DNA from: Scyliorhinus canicula | Lineage: Eukaryota | Length of the DNA: 64,000 nt | Assembly (NCBI RefSeq): GCF_902713615.1 | Contig: NC_052154.1 | Location: forward strand, 31,610,322-31,674,321 | Direction: 5' to 3' | Part shown: in pieces, positions 60,065-64,000 of the stretch | Numbering within the stretch: the first letter of the stretch is position 1 | Layout of the letters: each line of letters starts with the position of its first letter | Made by a program: the position numbers and the translations under genes | The notes under the pieces: generated by a model | What the model saw: only the letters and a program-made list of their open reading frames with translations | Told to the model about the DNA's origin: nothing | The model's database searches: none

Positions 60065-60900
60065 GTGAGTGCCGTTCGGGGGACATGGGGCGGGCGTCAA
60101 TCCGGTGAATATCATCGGTTTTTCTTGTTTAAAGTTGGACAGTACAGGGCTGTGCATGTGAGGCAACTCGCCTCCTCCCCCCGCCAAAATTCACTCAACA
60201 ATTTCTCAGCTCATCACCATAGAATATTATTGGCAGCGTGCATGGTATAAACCTTTTTTAAAAAGATATTTTGTTTTGTTGTTGCCTGGAGAGGATCGAG
60301 CCAGATTAACGAGCGCGTTTTACCGAGTTAAACATCCCATGGTCGCAGAATGCCCACCCCAATTCCAAACTTCCCTGGGGGTACTGATTAAGTCGCAGGA
60401 TACAACTGCCAGAAGAAAGTCTTAAGTTTTTTTCGAACACATCTCATTTCAATGACTAGACTCCAACTTTGCAACTGAAATCATTCCACCTACTAACGTG
60501 TGAGGTAATCCAATCATTTCAGTCGGCATTTGTGGGTTTATTTTGCATTGAGGTCATTCAGAGACCTACTGCTCTGATATCAGATGACACACCACTGCTC
60601 CTGATGGTCTCTGAAGTTACCTAGACCTTTGGAATCCCCCCCCCCCCCCCCCCCCCCCGCATCCCGCACCCCGCACCCCCTGACTCGCTTTTCTCCTTTG
60701 AAGACACTGCTTAAAACCCACCTCTTTGGCCAAACTTGTGATGATCTGATCTAACGTCCCTTTTTGTGGCCCGACAGTGTCATATTTTGTTTTATCACAC
60801 TCCAATGAAGTTTATTTGAGATGTTTTATTACATTAAAGGCTCCACATAAATGATCATTGTTGTTTTAAGGTGAAGGGAGGTTCATGCAGAGCTTATCTG

Positions 60901-61260
60901 GGGCAGCAGGGCAGCATGGTGGTTAGCATAAATGCTTCACAGCTCCAGGGTCCCAGGTTCGATTCCCGGCTGGGTCACTGTCTGTGTGGAGTCTGCACGT
61001 CCTCCCCCTGTGTGCGTGGGTTTCCTCCGGGTGCTCCGGTTTCCTCCCACAGTCCAAAGATGTGCGGGTTAGGTGGATTGGCCATGCTAAATTGCCCGTA
61101 GTGTCCTAAAAAAAAAGTAAGGTTAAGGGGGGGGGGGGTGTTGTTGGGTTACGGGTATAGGGTGGATACATGGGTTTGAGTAGGGTGATCATGGCTCGGC
61201 ACAACATTGAGGGCTGAAGGGCCTGTTCTGTGCTGTACTGTTCTATGTTCTATGTTCTAT
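60901..61260 (+). mobile_element. tRNA-derived SINE with (TTCTATG)n tail; one of many copies (also about 5915..6127, 11752..12020, 14805..15090, 18625..18803, 20665..20981, 22114..22437, 38730..38947, 55490..55800, 57648..57960)
   Basis: GGGCAGCA..GGTTAGCA..CCCAGGTTCGATTCCCGGC..GGGTCACTGTCTGTGTGGAGT head and core. Confidence 0.88.
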
Positions 61261-64000
61261 TATCATAGACTTGTGTTGAATGACTTGTTTCTATGTTGCA
61301 AAAGTCCATGCAAAGATATGGACATGAAACAGAGTATAATGACAATCATTGGCTGGAGAGGCATTGATAAAGTACGCATGGCATTGAGCTTAATCAAAGT
61401 TCCACTGCTCCTAAACCTACAGGTATGAAATAAATGACAAAACAGCCTGCTTGATCAGCACCCCATAATTCACTACCTTAAACAATCACTCCCTCCACTA
61501 TTGGTGCAGAGTGGCTGCTATAAGATGCACTCGAGCCAAGGCTTTTTTAACAGCACCTTCCAAACCCACTTCGAAGAGTAGGACACCAGGCTCAAGTTCC
61601 TCTCCAATTGCCACACACCCTCCTGACTTGGGACTATTTTGTATTCCTTCACTGTTGTTGGGTCAAAATGCAGGTGTACCTACACTGTATGGACTGCAGT
61701 GGCCAAGAAGGCAGTTCACCAGAACCACTTTAAAGGCAGTTAAGTATGGGCAATAAACGCTGGTATTGTCAACAATGCTCACATTCCATGAACACATTTA
61801 AAAAAAAAAAATGAAATCTCTGTGCTGTACATGATAGAAAGTCATCAGCAGTTGTTCTGTGGTCCTTCATTATACTGCCAGTTTTGGTACTGGCACTGTT
61901 TGGCAACTGTACTTGAATAGGAAAGTCTCCTACATGCTCTTGGCCTGGCCATTGCAGACCCATTGTTGTTTCTCTTTGGGTAATATTGTGTCAAATAGTA
62001 TTGTCATATATGATCAAAGTATGAACTCCTTGTCGGTCAGGTAATGCAGACTGGTGAACAGTACAGAAGCGTTATGATCTTCTAAGTCAGGGCGTTAGCG
62101 TGTCATGGTACACATATCATAAATGTTTTGACGGCAGGGTGCGGGGGGGGGGGGAGGGGGGGACTTTCTGTTAAAATCTTATTTAAAATAATGAAATTGT
62201 TACTTTTCACCCTTTTTCTTTTGTTCCAATTTTCCTCTTTTTTCAATACTTGAATTTGCATGTCTGAGCTGGAATGGGTTAGTAAACCTCATGTTCATGT
62301 GAGAAAGCTGAATTAATATGCACATTTGTTGCTGAATCATCCCTGGGTTCATGATTATATCTCAACAATGGTAATTCAGCTCCCTAATATTTGGCCTCAT
62401 GAGTTGCTTTAAGCCATTAGTTCCAATGACACCACCAGCCTTCCCCATTTAAAAAGGAATAAAAAAAATGAATAGAGCAACTTAATAAAATGCTAATTAT
62501 GGGTTTTGTAACTGTGTTTTGAAGGGCCTTTGTGCTGAATTTTCCAGGCTGTCTTCATAAGACTATGTAAATGAACAAAAGTGATGGTTCTATTATATGT
62601 AAAATATATCAAATGCATTTTACTATTGAGCAGCACCGGAAGTGTGTACGCAACAGCTTTACTTTTATAGCACATCCTCAGGAAATGAATGCTAATTTTG
62701 CACCCGATTGATATGTTTAGATCACCCTTGGCTGAATTGTCTCAGTTGAGTAGTATGTGAGCAGACATGACAAACCTTTTAAGTATTGGGGCTGGTATAA
62801 CTCCTTTTCAATGTATTAAAGCAATGCAAAATCATTCTTATGTCATTTTTGACATTCTTTACACTTATTTGCTTGTGAAATTTTGCAATAAAGCTAACCA
62901 CGACCCACATATTATGGAACCAACATTTGTTAGTACATTATTTTTTTTTTAAAGTAAGGATGTTAGTATTGGGCAATGAAACTCTGATCCATTTTTGGCA
63001 TTTGGTGTCAGCTTCCAGGGCATTAAGGTTGGGTGTAATACTTCCCAGTTGTGAAAAGCACACATTTCAAACCCTAGGAATGCCTGTTAACCATAAGCAC
63101 ATTCCTCACCTCAAGTGCATTAAGATAACTCTTATCTAATGTCAACCACATTTTGTGCCTACTACATAGGATTTCATATTTACTGGTTCTTCTGTGAACC
63201 AGTGTCATTAGAAAGGAAGCTGACATTGGTTAACTTGTTTTGCTCAACAGCCTTTGGTGCTTTGCCCAGTTGGCCTTTCATCATGTGAATGTTGGAAAGT
63301 TATGAGTAAGAGAGAGCACAATTGTGTCTGATCCCATTCTTGTATAACGTTTGCACATCAAATTCCCAGTTTGATTCGTGGATTCTTGACGGGAAGTAGG
63401 GTTCCAAGCTCCTTTTCTAATTCTGCAACACTGGACCAGCATTTAAAGCCCATCCCTAATTGCCCTTGCCCTTAAGTGCTTTTAAGAGGCCACCACATTG
63501 CTGTTGGTCTGGAGATGACAGATTTCTTTCCCTAAAGTGCGTTAGTGAACCAGATGGGTTTTAAAGAAATATTATTGAATTCCAATTTCATTATCTGCCA
63601 TGGTAGGATGCGAACCCAGGTCCTCAAAACATTAGCCGGGGTCTCTTCATTGCTCATTCAGTCACAATACCACTACACCATCATCTCCCCTGTTTATCTA
63701 CTCCTGGCTTGACCAAGAGGAACTGAGTCAACACAGCCTAAAGATTGAATCTAGGACTGGACCTCCCTCATTAATATGGTCCAGTGTTACATCATTTGTT
63801 TACTGTCTCATTGCGGCAACCATTGGAGCAATTTCAGAAGTGCACCATGAACAAGATAAAACAGTCGAGTAATTTTGCTGGTGGGTCTCCTGTTGCACAA
63901 TTTAAACCTGCGCCAATGGAGAGATTCACTGATGAAATTCATAGCAGAACTTCATTGTGGTTTACTATGCTTTGGGCCCTATTCTATTACTTCTCCATTG

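Overview
Vertebrate genomic DNA, not microbial. The SINE/CR1/Penelope repeat content suggests a cartilaginous fish, probably a catshark (inference). The window holds three protein-coding genes in the same order and relative orientation as human 16q24.3: a complete 5-exon APRT (+, 162..13569, 185 aa), a complete 10-exon CDT1 (-, 41319..21835, about 650 aa) and the first coding exon of PIEZO1 (+, 60001..60064). The rest is intronic or intergenic and rich in repeats: about 49 copies of a 37-bp minisatellite in APRT intron 1, a solo LTR with target-site duplication (TSD), an intron-retaining tRNA-Tyr pseudogene, a decayed SYCP1 retrocopy between APRT and CDT1, an internally deleted L1/Tx1 element with a 19x heptad expansion in ORF1, Penelope-like elements carrying minimal hammerhead ribozymes, an old Gypsy element with nested insertions, CpG-rich MITEs with NRF1-type palindromes, CR1 and Rex1 LINE fragments and many tRNA-derived SINEs. 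I found no CRISPR array or clearly new multi-gene system. Most ORFs in the supplied track are repeat-derived. All homology calls are from recalled sequences, not database searches.
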